64,000 bases of DNA from Vicugna vicugna (taxonomy: Eukaryota), in assembly GCA_013265495.1 (NCBI GenBank), contig MU058009.1:622001-686000 (forward strand), in the 5' to 3' direction. Position numbers and translations under genes: made by a program. The notes under the pieces were generated by a model that saw nothing but the letters and a program-made list of their open reading frames with translations, was not told the DNA's origin and did not search any database. Positions within the stretch are counted from its first letter, which is position 1. Every line of letters begins with the position of its first letter. This document shows, piece after piece, positions 60,296 to 64,000 of the stretch.

Positions 60296-61339
60296 ATGAG
60301 TTGTGGTCAAGACAGGGCTGGAAGTCCCTCTGAGGGTCCCTGCATGGACATAAAACGTTCAACTTGCTCTTATACTGTGAAAATGACTTAACAAACGTGA
60401 TGGGGGTTTTGCCTAAAAAAAAAAAAAATCCGACCTTGATAATTCCACCTACCATGAAGTGGAAATCAGGGCAATTTAGAAACCTGGCTCTACTCCCTGC
60501 ACACTAGGATGTTGTCACTAGAAATCTCCCTAAAGTGTGGCCCTGACGCTTGGTGGTGAAGTGGAGAGACTTTGAACAATACTCTGGCCAGCAGGCAACT
60601 AAGGGTTAAAGGTGGACACTTGGCCCATTGAATGAAGGCCTGGTAGGAGATAAAAGACAAAAATACAGGCATTAAGGGAATAATAGCTGAATAGTAATAA
60701 TAATACATTATGTCAACAGCAGCGACAGAAGATACTCAGTGTTTTTATGGAGCTAAATAAAAGACAGATCCAGGTCCCACGTTTTGACTCTGAACTACCT
60801 TCTCAGCTGGATTTTGCTTCTGCCTCAGGATTATTTTGGAAAGAGCTATTATTACCCGTGATTTACCACACTGCACCGGGGGAACTGTTCTTTCCACAGA
60901 GACAATGACTGAATTCTCACTGGAGGCTCTTAAAGGAGCCGAGACTTGTTCCGAGGGTTCAAGCGGAGAAGATGCCCCAGTGAGGGCGGGGTCCTGCCAT
61001 CACCGGATGGAGCGTCAGGGGCACCGTGGACCCTTTGCTCTGCTGTGATGCCCCAGGTTCCTTTTCACTGAACATTCTCTTCAATCCCTACATTATGGTA
61101 AAAGACAGAAGAGGAATTCACATTTATGGTGAGTCCTTTCAACAGGTGCCATCACCCCAAAGAGTCACAGGTTGCATTAAGTTCTTTAGCATCATTAAAA
61201 TGGAAGCCTAGTCAAAGCCATGACCGAGAAAGACAAGCGTCTGGAAAATTCTGAAAGCAGAGTCTTCATTTGAGTAGGTAGGTCCTTGAATGCACCCAGT
61301 GGTGCAGCTGTGTTTGGATGGAGGTCATCGGGGGTTTAG

Positions 61340-62060
61340 AAAAAGAGAGAAGTCATCATTAACATTAGAAAGGAGCTCTGAGAATCGGGAGGAATAAAAA
61401 TGCAGTATTAGGTCTGAGCAATAACTGTGAAAATAAACAATGAGAACGACCATATTAAATCTAAAGCACTGTGTTAGTACATAATAAGAAGTGTGAGAGC
61501 TAATAGCCAGCCGTGAATACAGGCCAATTTATTATTTAAAACATTTATTAAGATTTAACAACAGCCAAATAATTTTTCATTAAACAGTTATTAGACTGAA
61601 GCCCTGTATATGTGAATCAATTCATATTTATCATTCCGATTATATCTCATTACGTCCAAAAGGGTACTTATACTTCCAAAATAAACCTGGAAATTTAAAA
61701 TGAACTGTAGTCCATTTTTGCCAAGGGTAGATGTGTAAAGATTATTGCGTCTGCCAGCTGGGTAACCAGACAGTGGAGTGGACTTGTCTAATTAGGAACA
61801 ATTGCTGATAAATCAGTTCTTTCCTTTTCCAGCACTGTTAGAATTTGTGCCTGTGTTTTAAATTCTAATATGATTTTGCACGTTGTTCTGTAACCAAGTT
61901 AATTCTTTGGAGCCCTTTTAGATTGTGCACATTTTCCATAAAATAAAAAAGGGTTATTACTGTTCTATCAGTCATGCAAATAGTCCAAGATCCATCTATT
62001 CATCTATTCACATAACTCAGGCATAAACCGCAGATAATTACTCTATGATGCCTTCGGTCT
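61340..62060. promoter_or_regulatory. Long candidate conserved non-coding element / enhancer
   Basis: About 700 bp repeat-free AT-rich block: ATAAACA (FOX), AACAAT x2 (SOX), CTAATTAG, TGATAA, CCATAAAA, ATGCAAAT. Confidence 0.55.
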
Positions 62061-62119
62061 GGCTTACTATCCTGGACCCCAAACCTAGCTTTTAATTATT
62101 TGTCTGATATTTTCTGACA

Positions 62120-62325
62120 ATTTATCTCCCAAAGAATGCCCAGGTTTTCATCTTTACCTGTTCAAATCCTTCCTGGTCTTCAAGTGCAGCTCAAAGATCA
62201 CTTCCCTGATTTCTCTCATTGAGATGAGGTCTCTTGAACAAACACTTGAATCTCCCTCACAGTGTCTAGCACAGAGCTTTGCTCGGGATGTTAACAAGAT
62301 AGGTTTCTTGAGTGGCTGAATAACA
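62120..62325 (+). mobile_element. L2 LINE 3' fragment
   Basis: ttcaaatccttcctggtcttcaagtgcagctcaaagatcacttccc...cacagtgtctagcacagagc...ttgagtggctgaat. Confidence 0.7.
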
Positions 62326-63729
62326 CCAGTTTCTCAAGTACAGAGGCACCTAGGCTCCCTGCTCCGGCTGCCCTCGGAGGAGTAACTGGTGACTACCTGG
62401 CGCAGAAGGGAGCACGAATCTGTGTGTGGCTAAAATAACTTGAGGAGGGGCGGGGGCAATTTCACTCACTTGGAGAAGGGAGGAAAAAGTCAACGTATTT
62501 CTTCCCAAAGTCTGTGATTTGATTGACTGTCATGGCCTGGGGAAGCATTTTTATCTTTTGGTTTGTGAATTTTAATCTTCAACAATTAAGGAAGAAAACA
62601 CCTGCCTTTCACAGGATGGGGCAGCAAGGTCTTCATCTGCCGGATGGAGCACAGGCCTCTCCGTGCACACGCGGGTGTGCGCCCTCTGGGCGGTGGATCC
62701 GGGCCAGGAGGCCGAGACAGCCAGCCGCCGCCTGAGCAGCTAGAGTCACAGCATCACGTGCTGTGGGTCGGCCAGTTGGTCAGCAAGAGAGCAGAGGCCC
62801 GGGCTTACGTTGCTCTCGGGGCCTGTTTGTGTACTGTGCTGGGAGCAATTTTCAGCGTGGTTCCAGGTTTGCAGAACCTTGGAGTCCAAGTGGGTGGTGT
62901 CTGGGGGACCCTCCTGGATACTGGCAGCCATGAGTCAAGGGAAAGAAAGGCACGTAGGATTTCAGATCTGCCTCCAGGCATCACCTTTCGGGAGATGAGA
63001 AGGGTCTGTCATTATCTGGTCACATCCTGTGTCCCTGGTTCCCGTGGCAAGTCTTCTGTTGTGAGAAATGTACACACCTGTCCGTTAGCAGCTTGTTCGG
63101 GTTCTCAAGTTCATGTTCTCAAGTTCACGCCACGCTGAGAATCACAGAAGCTGAGTTCACTTAATCTTGTAAACTCAATACACACAACTTGACCACATCT
63201 GACTGTAAAAAAGATGTCACTCAATATAATAAAACATACAGAAGCTGTCAAGTCAGCTCGATTTTAGCTCCCAAACGCTTCAGCCCCGGCTTTTGGTTGT
63301 TGTCTCTTTGGTTCAAAATATATTACTTCTTGCTGAGATTCATGAGATAAGCTTTGTCTGGTCTCCCACTTCCTCACTTTACCCCCTGCAACGCAGGCTT
63401 CACGTTTGGTCGGAATGTCCTTCTTGGCGTGTGGCTTTGGTCCCGGCTCAGTCACCTCCAAGGACTCTTTGCTGCGGTTCCCATGCTACCCTGTGGCAAG
63501 GCTCCACCCAAGCTCTCTGACCTTTCCCACCTCTCTTCTGTGTGTCGCCCTCACACAACACCTGGCCCAGCCCTTGAGGACCACCACAGACCACACGTCC
63601 CTTGGAAGCCTTTCCAGACTCTCCCTAACTAGGGCACCAGCTCTCTTTATCCAGTTTCTATAAAATGTCGAATGCCACTCAGCCTTAGAGTCACAGGTGT
63701 GTTTGTGGCAGGTCTCCCTTCTCTAACCC

Positions 63730-64000
63730 AGTATTTCCCTCTGTATCTTCCAGGAACACTGGACCCGTGGGATTCTACAATAGTAAAGAGTTCTGTGGTT
63801 AAATGAGTTTGGAAAGTGTTGCGGGCTGATTTTTTTCCCTTTGAGCAGGTTTGTAAAGAGAATAAGCATTATGAAGACCCTGAGAAGTCGTATAGTCGAG
63901 AAGCATGTTTACTTCTGTTTAACACAAAGTTTCTGAGATTTGTCCATAGAACAACTTTTTCATATAACACCTACCAGTACTAGAATTCCATGGAAACAGT
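63730..64000. mobile_element. hAT-Charlie MITE (MER112/MER113-like), runs to window end
   Basis: cagtatttccc...ttccaggaacactgg...gttctgtggttaaatgagtttggaaa mirrored by ccatagaacaacttttt...taacacctac...ttccatggaaaca (quasi-palindromic). Confidence 0.7.

Noticed and set aside
1..64000. Assigning the host gene or locus
   Set aside because: No coding exon or uniquely recognisable sequence; requires alignment to a reference genome

Overview
Mammalian non-coding genomic DNA, most likely from a camelid (alpaca/llama/camel): a tRNA-derived SINE at 38539-38687 resembles the camelid Vic-1 family. I find no protein-coding gene, RNA gene or prokaryote-type system. The six-frame ORFs are explained by chance, microsatellites or decayed transposons; the only recognisable peptide is an L1 ORF2 C-terminal remnant at about 10296-10449. 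The window looks like a large intron or a regulatory gene desert. It is dense in ancient MIR, L2, L3, L1M and hAT-MER fossils, and carries several solo LTRs: two ERV1-type LTRs with intact TG..CA ends and 4-bp TSDs, an LTR nested in another LTR, and MLT1/MLT2/LTR33-like copies. Between these sit repeat-free, AT-rich, homeodomain/FOX/SOX-motif-rich blocks typical of conserved developmental enhancers, and two small orphan CpG-rich islands. The most notable observations are a solo LTR with a regularly phased five-box CCAAT (NF-Y) array, short patches where ancient repeats have gained GC and CpG (possible GC-biased gene conversion scars), a candidate MIR-derived exon next to a CpG island, and a CTCF-like site bracketed by perfect inverted Z-DNA-forming repeats. 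Repeat family names come from my recollection of consensus sequences, not from a database search. Boundaries of ancient repeats are approximate, and I cannot identify the host locus.
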